Source: an uncultured Holophagales bacterium (GTDB taxonomy: Bacteria > Acidobacteriota > Thermoanaerobaculia > Multivoradales > UBA5704). Taken from it: 64,000 bases of DNA. This document shows positions 20,956-31,100 of this stretch, in pieces (the first letter of the stretch is position 1; each line of letters starts with the position of its first letter). The position numbers were made by a program, and so were the translations under genes. Where the stretch lies: positions 160,001 to 224,000 of the forward strand of contig CAWJGT010000009.1 of NCBI GenBank assembly GCA_963842525.1, written 5' to 3'. The notes under the pieces were generated by a model, which worked only from the letters and a program-made list of their open reading frames with translations, had not been told where the DNA came from and ran no database searches.

Positions 20956-21615
20956 TCCCGATGAGCGAGTCGACCGAGAGGCTGACGCGGCGGCCGGTGA
21001 TCCCGGTGATCGTGATCGACGACGAGAACGACGCCGAGCCGCTGGCCGAGGCGCTGCTCGCGGGCGGGCTCGATCTGATCGAGGTGACCTTGCGGACCGC
21101 CGCCGCCGCGGCAGCGCTGGGACGCATCATCCGCAGGTTCCCGGAGATGCTCGTGGGGGCCGGCACCGTGGTCACGCGCGAGCAGGCACAGCGGTGCCTG
21201 GACCTCGGCGTCTCGTTCGCCGTGGCCCCGGGCTTCAACCCGGAGAACGTTGCGCCTCTTCGAGCAGCACGGCGTGCCGTTCATGCCTGGAGTGCTCACG
21301 CCTTCCGAGATCGAGTCGGCCTACGGCCACGGCTGTACCCTGCTGAAGTTCTTCCCGGCCGAAGCGGCCGGTGGGCCGAAGATGCTGCGGGCCCTCGCCG
21401 GACCGTACGAGTCCCTCGGCATACGCTTCTGTCCCACGGGAGGCGTTTCCGTGGACAACATGAAGGAGTACCTCTCCCTGCCCCAGGTGTTTGCCGTGGG
21501 CGGTTCCTGGCTGGCCAGCAAGCGCCAGATCGCCGAGAAGCAGTGGTCGGTCATCACCCAGCAGACCAGGGACACCTTGTCTCGGGCGAGGGAGGTGTCT
21601 CCATGCGCCGGCTGA
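20952..21615 (+). CDS. eda: KDPG/KHG aldolase, frameshift near 21255
   Basis: IEVTLRT, VGAGTV, PGVLTPSEI, KFFPAE, PTGGV. Confidence 0.9.
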
Positions 21616-23090
21616 TCCACGAGAGGTTCCTCCTGCAGAGCGAGGAAGCCGCCCGCCTCTACTTCGACTACGCAGCCGGGCAGCCGATCATCGACTACCA
21701 CACCCATCTGCCGCCGGCCGAGGTCGCCGCCGACCGCCGCTGGGAGAACATCAGCCAGGTATGGCTCAACGGCGACCACTACAAGTGGCGCCAGATGCGC
21801 GCGAATGGCATCGGCGAGCGCTTCTGCACCGGCGACGCGACCGATCGGGAGAAGTTCAACGCCTTCGCGAGCATCCTGCCGTACCTCCTGCGCAACCCCC
21901 TCTACCACTGGTGCCACCTGGAGCTCGCCCGGTACTTCCAGATCGATGATCTGCTGCTCAGCACCAGGACCGCCGACGAGGTGTGGGAGCGCAGCTCGGC
22001 GGTCTTCCGCAACGGGCTCTCCACTCGGTCCCTGATCGAGAGGAGCAAGGTGCTGGCCCTCTGCACCTCCGACGACCCGATCGATTCGTTGGAGCACCAC
22101 AAGGCGGTCGCCGACGACGAGACCTTCGCCGCTCGAATGCTCCCCACCTGGCGCCCCGACCGGGTCCTGGCACTCGCCGATCCCGGGTCCTGGAACGGCT
22201 ATGTGGATGCGCTGGCCGCCATCGCAGATGTGGAGATCGCGAGCTTCGACGACCTCGTCGCAGCGCTCACCGTGCGCCGCGATGCCTTTCACGCGGCGGG
22301 CTGCCGGCTTTCCGACCACGGGCTCGCCGCCGGTCTCTTCTCGCCGGCCTCGGCGCAGGAGGTCCGAACCAGCTTCGACCGACTCCGGTCCGGGGCGGCT
22401 CTCCCGGTCTCCGAACGTGACCAATTGACGACGGCGCTCCTCTTGGAGCTGGGCCGACTGTACAGCGAGAAGAAGTGGACCATGCAGTTGCACATCGGTG
22501 CCCTGCGGAACACCAACAGCGCGATGCTCGCCGCCCTCGGTCCCGACTCCGGGTACGACTCGATGGGTGACCGGCCATACGCCGAGCCGCTGGTTCAGTT
22601 CCTGAACGCGCTCCACTCCGCGGGTAACCTGCCGAAAACCATCCTGTACAACGTCAATCCGCGGGACACCGAGATGCTGGCCTCCATGCTCGGCTGCTTC
22701 GAGGATGGCTCGGTGCCGGGCAAGATGCAGCTCGGTCCGGCCTGGTGGTTCCTCGACCAGAAAGACGGTATCGAGCGCCAGCTCGAAGCCATCTCCCAGA
22801 TCGGCTCGCTGCGCCGGTTCGTGGGCATGGTCGCCGACAGCCGCTCGTTCCTGTCGTTCACCCGTCACGAGTACTTCCGCCGCATCCTCTGCAACCTGCT
22901 CGGTGCCGAGATGGCGACCGGACTCCTGCCGCGGGACTTCGATCTGGTCGGAGCTCTGGTCGAGGACGTCTGTTTCCGCAACGCGGAGAGCTTCTTCGGC
23001 TTCGAGCTTCCCGGACCGCGAGAGAGAAGCCGCAGGCGCGCCAGCGCCGGCTCTGCACGCGGCGACGCCGGGCTGCGACGTGAGCAATAA
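21603..23090 (+). CDS. uxaC: Glucuronate isomerase
   Basis: PIIDYHTHL, GDHYKWR, AWWFLDQ, DSRSFLSF.RHEYFRRIL. Confidence 0.95.
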   Translation: MRRLIHERFLLQSEEAARLYFDYAAGQPIIDYHTHLPPAEVAADRRWENISQVWLNGDHYKWRQMRANGIGERFCTGDATDREKFNAFASILPYLLRNPLYHWCHLELARYFQIDDLLLSTRTADEVWERSSAVFRNGLSTRSLIERSKVLALCTSDDPIDSLEHHKAVADDETFAARMLPTWRPDRVLALADPGSWNGYVDALAAIADVEIASFDDLVAALTVRRDAFHAAGCRLSDHGLAAGLFSPASAQEVRTSFDRLRSGAALPVSERDQLTTALLLELGRLYSEKKWTMQLHIGALRNTNSAMLAALGPDSGYDSMGDRPYAEPLVQFLNALHSAGNLPKTILYNVNPRDTEMLASMLGCFEDGSVPGKMQLGPAWWFLDQKDGIERQLEAISQIGSLRRFVGMVADSRSFLSFTRHEYFRRILCNLLGAEMATGLLPRDFDLVGALVEDVCFRNAESFFGFELPGPRERSRRRASAGSARGDAGLRREQ

Positions 23091-23307
23091 GGCTCGGATC
23101 AGGACTACCCGGGGACGCGAGACGCGGTTCGCCGCGGGCAAGGTGATCGCACTCCTGCCGAGTTGCCTCCGGTGCGTTGCCCCGGGGGGTCGAATGCGGC
23201 GCAGAACGCGGCGAGATTCCGGTGGACGCATGAGCCCGTTCGGCACGCGACTTGCATTGGATCTTATCCAGGATGATCAAGTCCGATAATCTGATTGGAG
23301 GCTATCC

Positions 23308-23827
23308 ATGATTCAGAAGATCTCTGTTCGGCCGGCTGTTCTCGTTGTCTTGGTGTTGTTGCTCGCCTGGATGGCGGCGAGCTGCAGTTCGAACACGGAG
23401 CTATGACAAGCCAGCCGCAACAACGGCGTCGGCCAGTTCGCAGCTCGCCGAGACCGGCCCGCAGGGGCTCACCGTCGATGGCTTGGTGGAGTATGGACGC
23501 TCATTTCCGCGCGGCCATACTTCGCAAGGACGAGGCCAACTGGCGATTGAGGATCGCAACTTTGCCTGGCGCAGCGACAAGAAGAAGCGCAGCTTCAGTA
23601 TCCAGGTCGACGTGATCAAGAACGCGACTCTCCGGTGCGCCTCCCGCCCGGGAGGCAACATCTGTCTCGAGCTGCGGATCGAAACCGTCACGGGTCTCGA
23701 CTACGCCTTCCGGGATGCCAACTGGGCTGCCGGGCACAATGAGCAGATCACCCAGGTCTACAACTATCTGAAGGTCAACTTCCCCCGGATCACCTTCGAC
23801 GAAAAATCGGTCCAGAAGATCGATTAA
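23308..23827 (+). CDS. Putative lipoprotein, frameshift near 23395
   Basis: GGAGG RBS, MIQKISVRPAVLVVLVLLLAWMAASC lipobox, continues in the 23345-23827 frame. Confidence 0.6.
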
Positions 23828-23923
23828 GCCGCAGAACCGGCACGGCGGCCGGAGGGATCGCCGAGATAGCCGGAGGCGGCGCCTCACCAGGCTTCACGGT
23901 CATCCGCGCAGTACCGGCCTTGC

Positions 23924-24030
23924 TCATGTGTGGGCGATCTGTGGGCGATCAGGAAATTCCTGAATCGTCCGGAAAATTCGGTCATCACTGACGAGAACAG
24001 CATCATGTTCTAGCGCCGAGCTGAAAACCC
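23924..24030 (-). pseudogene. C-terminal PIN-domain fragment
   Basis: SALEHDAVLVSDDRIF. Confidence 0.5.
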
Positions 24031-24411
24031 TTGCGAAAGTCGCGAACGTATTGTTCGGAGCACGGTTCACCTCGCGAACCTGGCGGCGCACCTCGCCGCT
24101 AGCCGGCGAAGCATCCACCTGTGAGCGTGAGTGAAGTTACCACATCTGCTGCGCCGAAGACGCTCCGGTGTTCTCAGACCTGGCGCGGCGCTCGGGAGCC
24201 GCCCCCTGGACCCGCGCCAGCCACGCCCCCATCCCTTCCCCCGGGCGGGCCGAGGTCTCCAGCACCTCGATGCCGGGACGGACGAAGGCTTTTGGCGTCG
24301 CCAGGGTTGAGGACGGTCCGCTACCAGGACAACACGAAAGTCATCTACGAGTTCCCGCCGCGGCCGGCGCGCCGAAACCGCGGGGGTTGAGGACGTTCGG
24401 GGGGAATGACC

Positions 24412-24624
24412 CTACGCAGCGACGTCAACGTAGATCGACCGAGTGCTCGGCTCTGGAATTGGCTCGCCGTGGAGGCGCATCCCCTCCAGATGAAACTCGA
24501 CCGCTTCCCGCATGTTCTGCTCGACCTCCTCGATCGTATCGCCAGTGGCAACACAGCCTGGAAGGTCTGGCGAGTAGGCTCCGTAGTTGTTCTCCGCTCG
24601 CTCGATAATCACCAGGTAACGCAT
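24412..24624 (-). CDS. hicB: HicB antitoxin
   Basis: YGAYSPDLPGCVATGDT.EE...REAVEFHLEG. Confidence 0.9.
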   Translation of the reverse strand: MRYLVIIERAENNYGAYSPDLPGCVATGDTIEEVEQNMREAVEFHLEGMRLHGEPIPEPSTRSIYVDVAA

Positions 24625-24634
24625 AGCCGTCCTC

Positions 24635-24820
24635 CTACCTCAGCCCAGCCTGTTTGAGGATGCTGTTCAGCGTGCCTGGCGGCAGATCGTCCGCCGGCTT
24701 GCCCGGTACGGTCACACCACCTGGTTTGGTCGGATGCCTAAACTGGCGGTGGCTGCCGCGGGTGCGATCGAGATACCAACCATCTTGCTCGAGCATCCTC
24801 AGTACGTCTCGAACTTTCAT
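24635..24820 (-). CDS. hicA: HicA toxin
   Basis: DGWY..RTRGSHRQFRHP..VTVPG..GTLNSILKQAG. Confidence 0.9.
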   Translation of the reverse strand: MKVRDVLRMLEQDGWYLDRTRGSHRQFRHPTKPGGVTVPGKPADDLPPGTLNSILKQAGLR

Positions 24821-24910
24821 CTCGCCCCCCTGCCCTGGCCCAGTCTGTACTCTACCATCTCCTGGAACAAGAGGCGGAGGAATCGTCTTTCACCAACTAT
24901 GAAGAACACC

Positions 24911-25324
24911 TCAACCGCTTCGCCGGTGCCCCGGTCGGCGGTCCTGGGGAAGGTCGCCGACGAGATCGAGGCACAGCCGGGACAGCCCGGTCGCCGGAGT
25001 CGCTACCCGTTGGCCTTTGCGCGAGAAGCGACCGAGCGCGACCGAGCTTCCACGCATCGCCGACTCTCCCAGCTCTTCACGGACGACCTGCCGAACGGCC
25101 TCGAGCATCGACCATCGATGCAGATACGCGGTCAGCGCGTCGTTGATCAAGGTCTGGTAGTTGCCTCCTCCAGCCTCATCGGCAAGCTCGCGGAATGCTT
25201 CGATCACTGCATTGTCCAGGCGGATGGAGATCTTGGTCTTGCCTGGCTCGGCCTTCACCACGGGGCCTTGTTTCGCCTGCGAGAAATCGATGTCCCGATA
25301 GGGCTCAGCGGCGACTTTTCTCAT
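24911..25324 (-). CDS. brnA: BrnA antitoxin with extended C-terminus
   Basis: KTKISIRLD..YQTLINDAL. Confidence 0.8.
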   Translation of the reverse strand: MRKVAAEPYRDIDFSQAKQGPVVKAEPGKTKISIRLDNAVIEAFRELADEAGGGNYQTLINDALTAYLHRWSMLEAVRQVVREELGESAMRGSSVALGRFSRKGQRVATPATGLSRLCLDLVGDLPQDRRPGHRRSG

Positions 25325-25583
25325 ACCTCAACTCCTGCCGGCGGTTGGCCCTCCAGGCCGAGATGACCCGAAGAATGTCCGGCTCGCGATACGTGTAGAC
25401 CACGACCAGGAGGTTTCCCGTGTCGCTGAGGCCGAGAGTCACGAAGCGCTGCTCCCCCGAGGCGAGCGGGTCTTCTCGCGTAAGAGCGAAGTCATCGGAG
25501 AAAACGGTCGATGCCTCGGCAAAGCTGACTCCGTGCGTCTCGAGATTGGCTGCCGCCTTGGCAGGGTCCCACGCGAATCGCAC
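25305..25583 (-). CDS. brnT: BrnT toxin
   Basis: RFAWDPAKAAANLETHGVSFAEASTVF..RVISAWRA. Confidence 0.9.
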   Translation of the reverse strand: MRFAWDPAKAAANLETHGVSFAEASTVFSDDFALTREDPLASGEQRFVTLGLSDTGNLLVVVYTYREPDILRVISAWRANRRQELRYEKSRR

Positions 25584-25646
25584 ACAGCTAGTGTATTGAC
25601 AATTGTCCTCCAGGTCCAACTGCAGAAGCTGGGAGGCAAGCAAACT

Positions 25647-25729
25647 TGGACCAGCCACCTTCCACATCCCCATCTACCCGCCGGGGGAGTCCAAGATCGT
25701 CCCCTTTCCCGTCGCCGGCATCGTCCCGA
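25647..25729 (+). repeat. Dispersed junction repeat A, copy 2
   Basis: CCACCTTCCACATCCCCATCTACCCGCCGGGGGAGTCCAAGATCGTCCCC. Confidence 0.8.
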
Positions 25730-26215
25730 GGGAACCTGCCGAGGACCATCCTCTACAACGTCAATCCGCGGGACACCGAGATGCTGGCCTCCATGCTCGG
25801 CTGCTTCGAGGACGGCTCGGTGCCGGGCAAGATGCAACTCGGTGCGGCCTGGTGGTTCCTCGACCAGAAGGACGGAATCGAGCGCCAGCTCGAAGCCATC
25901 TCCCAGATCGGCTCGCTGCGCAGATTCGTGGGCATGGTCGCGGACAGCCGCTCGTTCCTGTCGTTCAGCCGTCACGAGTGCTTCCGCCGCATCCTCTGCA
26001 ACGTGCTCGGTGCCGACATGGCGGCAGGCCTCCTGCCGCGGGACTTCGATCTGGTCGGTGCACTCGTCGAGGACGTCTGTTTCCGCAACGCGGAGAGCTT
26101 CTTCGGCTTCGAGCTGCCGGACCGCGACAGAGAAGCCGCAAGCGCGTCAGCGCCGGTCCTGCGCGCGTCGGCGCTGGGCTGAGGCGTCAAGCGAATAAGG
26201 CTCAGGATCAGGACC
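25730..26215 (+). pseudogene. uxaC: Diverged duplicate of the uxaC 3' end and downstream flank
   Basis: Matches 22623-23105 with scattered substitutions. Confidence 0.9.
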
Positions 26216-26327
26216 TTCCCCTGGGGAATGGCGGTGCGACGCGCCATCGTATCAGGAGGTGCCCGACGACCGGGGCAAACACCCGGGGGCCGGACCGAGG
26301 GCAGCGCACCATGTTATCATCCCCATC

Positions 26328-26571
26328 ATGGCACAGCCGCTCCCTTCCCCGCCTCCTGGATTCGATGACCTTTCGGTCGAGGACAAAATCGAGTACGTCG
26401 AGCTCCCTCTGGGATCGGATCTCTGCCCGTCCGGAAGAAGTTCCTGTGCCTGAATGGCATCGCCGCATTCTCAGAGAGCGCCTGGCTCGCGACGAAGAGC
26501 ACCCCGACGAAGCCCTTCCCTGGGAGGACGTCAGGAAGGAGGTCCTCCAGACGCTGCACGACAGGCGATGA
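26328..26571 (+). CDS. Addiction-module antitoxin (TIGR02574-like), frameshift near 26405
   Basis: LSVEDKIEYV..LWDRI..VPEWHRRILRERL..PWEDV. Confidence 0.75.
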
Positions 26572-26870
26572 AGCGGCGTCTCGTCGTCCGTCCAGAGGCA
26601 CGCCTCGATATCCGGGAAGCCGCGATCTGGTATGACGACCAGAGCCCCGGCTGGGGAGACCGGTTCCTGGAAGATCTGGATGCCCTCTTCGAGCGCATCC
26701 TCGAAGCTCCCCTGCAGTTTCCCGAAATCGACCCGCCCGTGCGTTGCGCGCTCCCTCGACGATTTCCCTACAAGGTTTACTTCCGCCTTGACTCTACAAC
26801 CGCCAGGGTCCTGGCCGTGATGCACCAGAGCCGCCACCCTGACGCCTGGCGGAACCGGAAGGATTCCTGA
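26568..26870 (+). CDS. ParE/RelE family toxin
   Basis: VRPEARLDIREAAIWYD..RRFPYKVYF..VLAVMHQSR. Confidence 0.85.
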   Translation: MKRRLVVRPEARLDIREAAIWYDDQSPGWGDRFLEDLDALFERILEAPLQFPEIDPPVRCALPRRFPYKVYFRLDSTTARVLAVMHQSRHPDAWRNRKDS

Positions 26871-26911
26871 CCCCCACCGACGAGAAGAGCGAAAGAACCC
26901 GCCGCCTCCCA

Positions 26912-26985
26912 CCTGGACCAAGGCCACCTTCCACGTCCCCATCTACCCGCCGGGGGAGTCCAAGTCGTCCCCTTCCCGGTCGCGC
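26912..26985 (+). repeat. Dispersed junction repeat A, copy 3
   Basis: CTGGACCAAGGCCACCTTCCACGTCCCCATCTACCCGCCGGGGGAGTCCAAG. Confidence 0.8.
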
Positions 26986-27078
26986 CCTTAGTACCTCTGC
27001 GCGCCGCGTCGGCTGCCAAGTCCTGGCCGAAGAGCTGGCGCCTCTGGAGGTCGCGCTGTCGTCCGACCATGCCGCTCG

Positions 27079-27333
27079 TCAGGATAGAACCTCTCTCCTC
27101 ATCTCTTCGAGGGTCAAGCTCTTGCCCATCTCAATCTCCGCCCGCGCTTTTTCGATGAGCTCTTGCAACACGCCGCTGGTACTCAAGGCCCAGGACTCAG
27201 GATCAACATCCTTCAGCGACACGAGGGCAGCAACAGGCTTGCCGGCTGCTGTAAGCACCAGGATCTCATCGCCCAATTCGTCGGCATATGACGACAACGG
27301 GCGGGAGGCTGTCGCAAGCTCGATCTTTTTCAT
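27079..27333 (-). CDS. Phd/YefM-like antitoxin, copy 1
   Basis: MKKIEL..LVLTAAGKPVAALV; near-identical to 32320-32574. Confidence 0.8.
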   Translation of the reverse strand: MKKIELATASRPLSSYADELGDEILVLTAAGKPVAALVSLKDVDPESWALSTSGVLQELIEKARAEIEMGKSLTLEEMRREVLS

Positions 27334-27563
27334 AACTGCACCTCCTCGCCGTCGATCCACACGCTGTTCCCCTTCTTCTGCCCGACAACCAAGACGCGGA
27401 CTTCCTTCTCTTGTGTCTCTACATCATAGAATACTCTCAGATCACCAACGCGCAGCTCCCACGGTGCGAGAGGGTTGGGCCGCAGGAGCTTGCGGTTCCT
27501 CGTTTCGACCGTAGGCTCATGCGACAACTGCTGCTCGATCGTGTCGAGAAGCAGTGCACGCTG
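27330..27563 (-). pseudogene. relE: RelE toxin copy 1, 5' truncated
   Basis: WELRVGDLRVFYDV; lacks the N-terminus present at 32804-32867. Confidence 0.8.
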
Positions 27564-27680
27564 GCTGAAGACGGCTCTGCAACAGCCCGAATCGACGACA
27601 CCGCGCGATGAGCGGAGTCTGAAATTTCAGTTCACGAGGCTTATGAGCCGCTTTGTCGTAACTTCATGACACAGTAGTAC

Positions 27681-27909
27681 TAGTCGTCTCTCGCCATGGC
27701 CCCCGAGCTCAAGTGTAGGCGACCGCCGCCAGACGGTCAATCATGGCGCACGGAGCGCACGGAGCGGCGGGCCTTCTCGCCTGGACCAAGGCCTCCTTCC
27801 ACGTCCCCATCCGGCCACCGGGCGAGTCCAAGATCGTCCCCTTCCCCGCCGCCGGCATCGTCGGGTCCCTTCAGCATCTTCCGAGAGGACACCAAAGGAC
27901 CGAACCGTG
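27681..27909 (+). repeat. Duplicated segment containing repeat A copy 4
   Basis: Matches 32887-33066. Confidence 0.85.
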
Positions 27910-27959
27910 GGCTGACGCAGCCCTCCACCCCGCATCCCAACCCCGCTCACCTGGAAGCG

Positions 27960-28060
27960 CGGTCCACGTCCGTTCGGCCTCTGTGCTGGAGAGTTCACCG
28001 TTCCGGACGACTTCGACGCGCCGCTGCCGGAAGATTCTGCGGAGTTTCGAGGAGTGAGGA
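27960..28060 (+). pseudogene. C-terminal fragment of a VapB/Phd-type antitoxin
   Basis: RPFGLCAGEFTVPDDFDAPLPE. Confidence 0.55.
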
Positions 28061-28079
28061 GAGACCCAACTTCCTAAGT

Positions 28080-29141
28080 TTATTCAGGTGGCTCGGTCTC
28101 ACGCCTGCCTGCGACCAACGCTAACGCACGGCTGTGTGCTTTCTGGTCTCCTCGGATTGCATCGCCGAGCACTTTTCGCCGCTGGTCATCATATAAATAA
28201 ACGCGGACAGTGTTGGTTTTATAACCCGAGAGCTCCGCCACTTCCTCAATGGAAAGACCACGCTCAGGGTCACCAAGCATCTCGTCTTCGAGTCGGTGGA
28301 TGGTGAGAACATCCCGACTGGAGAAATCTCTCAATTCAGCCTCATCCTCCACCGCTTCCCAATCGTCGCGAACAGGCGCCTCCCGGGTGACCTCCGGGTC
28401 CAAAACCAGCAACCCAGGGAGTTCTACCTTCTTCACACCAATCTGGTAGCGCTTGCAGATGTCGACTAGCTTTTCTCCGTCAATCAGATAAACCACCCGC
28501 TGGTTTTGTCCTGGTCTCGCCTCATTTTGGGCGTCGGCACTGAATCGGCCGGTTGTCACAATGATCGCTGTATCTTCCTCGCCCTTCACGCCCCGCATCA
28601 TGCGGACCTCGTCGACTGGAACAGTTCGAGCGGTCCATCTTTTTGCGGATACGATGGCTCGGGCGCCCACGACACCTCGCTGGTATACCACGCGCGCATC
28701 TGCACCACCATCGCGAGTAGCTTGCGTGATCTGAACGTCCTGGAATCCCAGCGCATCGAGAACGCGAGTGAGGAATGTGGACTCGAACGTGCGCCAGTCC
28801 ATCCGCTGCAGCCACGCTCGAATCTCCTCGCCGACAGCCTCGTTCTGCTGATGAACACGGGCTTCGATGTCGCCTGCATTCGATCCCCGAGCGAATTCGC
28901 TCCCCTCGCGAAGCCGAACCCATCCGCGCTCTTCGCCGTCGCGGGACGTTATGAACCGAGTGCGTTCGCCGAGCTCTTCGAGGCGCTGATTCTCCGATTG
29001 AATCGCCAGGTACAGGGACTGGTAGGGAAGGTCGGGGTACTTCTCTTCGCGCCGAATTTCTTCGAGAAGTGCCTGGAGGCGCGCTCTCCCGCCAAGAGCC
29101 TGGAGCCGCCTCTCGATTCGATCTACTCGCCTCTCCGCCAT
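28080..29141 (-). CDS. Mrr-like restriction endonuclease with extra N- and C-terminal regions
   Basis: FE..L.ALGF..TRDGGAD..SAKRW..IIVTTGRFSADA..LIDGEKL. Confidence 0.8.
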   Translation of the reverse strand: MAERRVDRIERRLQALGGRARLQALLEEIRREEKYPDLPYQSLYLAIQSENQRLEELGERTRFITSRDGEERGWVRLREGSEFARGSNAGDIEARVHQQNEAVGEEIRAWLQRMDWRTFESTFLTRVLDALGFQDVQITQATRDGGADARVVYQRGVVGARAIVSAKRWTARTVPVDEVRMMRGVKGEEDTAIIVTTGRFSADAQNEARPGQNQRVVYLIDGEKLVDICKRYQIGVKKVELPGLLVLDPEVTREAPVRDDWEAVEDEAELRDFSSRDVLTIHRLEDEMLGDPERGLSIEEVAELSGYKTNTVRVYLYDDQRRKVLGDAIRGDQKAHSRALALVAGRRETEPPE

Positions 29142-29459
29142 CGGGTTCTCAATCCTATTCCAGTCGGGCCCCTGCCCTCTGCGGCTAACGACACGGAAGA
29201 CCTCCAAGGTCCAGAATAGGCCTAACTTACGCCCCCTGACGGGTTGATGTCAACGACGACCGCTCCCCACTCCTCCTCCCGCCCCCCGAACCACCAAAAA
29301 AGATAGGCGGCTAGCCCAGGCGTCTCCAGGCCCCTGTCGGGTCGCCGGCTGGCGCTCCGCCCGCGCCTGTCCCCTGCCCTCTCGACCCACCCCTGTGGCC
29401 CCGCCCCCGCCCTCCCCGTGAGGCCCCTGTGCGGCCCCAGGTCGTGCGACCGTGCCAAG

Positions 29460-29635
29460 GCCCAGCCGGCGGCTCCGCTTCGAGATTCTGGGGTGGGCGA
29501 GGGGATGCTGCAGGATCAGGGTGATCGCCTTTTGGACCTCGGCAGCGAATTCGGCGCCGAGGCCGGGCCGGCAACCTTCGTAGTAGTCGACCGCCGCCTC
29601 CAACTCCGCCCTGGCTGGCGCCAGGAACGGACATA
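29460..29635 (-). pseudogene. N-terminal ParE-like toxin fragment
   Basis: ELEAAVDYYEGCRPGLGAEFAAEV. Confidence 0.65.
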
Positions 29636-29659
29636 GGTGCCACCCATTAGAAGGCTCTT

Positions 29660-30083
29660 GTCAACGACCCACACGTCTCCCACCCGGGAGTGTTCGTTTC
29701 AAGAACGGCTCGTTCCGGCAAGATGTGCTCCCGTGTCGGGTTTGCGCGCCCGTAGTCTCGCTGTGCTTCAGGTGCGGAGATCCGCACCAGCCACCCATCG
29801 GGATCAAGGCGGGTCGGAGCCGGTGACGGCTCCGACCCGCCCCTGGCACGGTTTGCGTGCCCCCAGAAAATCTTCGGTTCCAGGTTCGTGTCCAAGGGTT
29901 CAGGACAACCAATAAGGCTACCTCCGCCCCCCCGAAAGGTTCAGAGGTGCCAGCACATTCGGGCTCACGACCTGGGCGCATCTCCAACAAAAGAGCCAAA
30001 AACGGTGGAAGACAGGGGCCAATCAGCCGTAGAGGGTTCTTTCGCCCAGCACCTAATTGCAGGCTCCCTGTCTTCCACCTGAA
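29660..30083 (-). ncRNA. Candidate bridge/seek RNA region of the IS
   Basis: About 420 bp non-coding downstream of the transposase; perfect 15-bp stem 29808-29841 and hairpin 29771-29788. Confidence 0.5.
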
Positions 30084-31100
30084 TCAACCAAAAGCTTGCG
30101 CCGACCTGAACGGCACCTGGTCGCGCAGGATGTAGTACGCGGCACGAGTCAGCTTGTTCGAGATCGTCCGCAGGGCCACCAACTCGTTGGTCCTGGCCCG
30201 CTTGCGCTCGTAGAGACGCTTGGCGAGGGGCTCGAACCGAATGGCGAAATGTGAGGCCTCCATGAACGCCCAGGACAGGTACGGGTTGCCATTGCGTACG
30301 TTGCCGGAGCCCTTGACCTTGCCGTTGCTGAGGTGCTGACTGGGTACACAGCGGCAGTAGGAGGAGAAGTGGCCCGCCTCGGCAAAGCGAGCGATGGAGC
30401 CGGTCTCGTACATGATCGTCAGGGCAAGGGTCAGACCGATGCCGGGAATGCTCTCGAGCAGCTCGAACTCGGGCCTCAGTCTGGCCTGTTTGAGAACAGT
30501 TTTCTCGATGCCAGAGATTTGGTCTTTCAGCGTGCGGGCGATCGCCAGGCTGCTCGTGATCGTCAAGGCAATATGTGGGTCTGTGAATTGCTCCTCGACC
30601 TGCTCGGCAGTCATGCGCTTGAGCTCGCTGAGAGGAACTTGAGCTCCGGTGTAGCGCGAGAAGACGTTTTTGACGCTCAGCAAGCTGGCGGTGCGCTGTC
30701 GCACCAGAAAGGCCCGGCGGCGCAGTAGATCCCGCACCGCGCGCTCCTTTTTCGGATAGATGTGGCCGGTGGGCAAAATGTTGAGGTGGAGTAGACGCGC
30801 CAGCCATCGCGCGTCATGGCGATCATCGACGTACTTCAACCCCTCGTACTGGCGAACTGCGGAGGTGTTGACCAAGCGAACCTCGTAGCCGGCCTCCATG
30901 AGGCCATCCACCAACCAGTACCAGTTGAAGGTGGACTCCACGGCGATCGCCTGGATCTGCTCCCGGAAGGGCTCCAGGGCTTCCAGGGCCGCCTCCAGAC
31001 GGTTGGGCAACCGACGGCTGAGGACAGCTTGTAGTTGTTCGTTCATCACCACGAGATAGCTGTTGGTTGAATGCAAGTCGATTCCGCAGTACAGTCCCAT
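30084..31100 (-). CDS. IS110 family DEDD transposase/recombinase
   Basis: YCGIDLH, AVEST, DDRHDA, SIPGIG, GNPYL; AGGAGG RBS. Confidence 0.95.
   Translation of the reverse strand: MGLYCGIDLHSTNSYLVVMNEQLQAVLSRRLPNRLEAALEALEPFREQIQAIAVESTFNWYWLVDGLMEAGYEVRLVNTSAVRQYEGLKYVDDRHDARWLARLLHLNILPTGHIYPKKERAVRDLLRRRAFLVRQRTASLLSVKNVFSRYTGAQVPLSELKRMTAEQVEEQFTDPHIALTITSSLAIARTLKDQISGIEKTVLKQARLRPEFELLESIPGIGLTLALTIMYETGSIARFAEAGHFSSYCRCVPSQHLSNGKVKGSGNVRNGNPYLSWAFMEASHFAIRFEPLAKRLYERKRARTNELVALRTISNKLTRAAYYILRDQVPFRSAQAFG

Noticed and set aside
20952-23090. Eda-UxaC fusion protein
   Set aside because: Caused by a frameshift near 21255; the eda C-terminus is in another frame and uxaC has its own ATG at 21603.
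22623-26215. Duplications as pure assembly artefacts
   Set aside because: Copies differ by many substitutions and indels (e.g. RHEY vs RHEC in uxaC). Not fully excluded for the near-identical hxlR duplicate.
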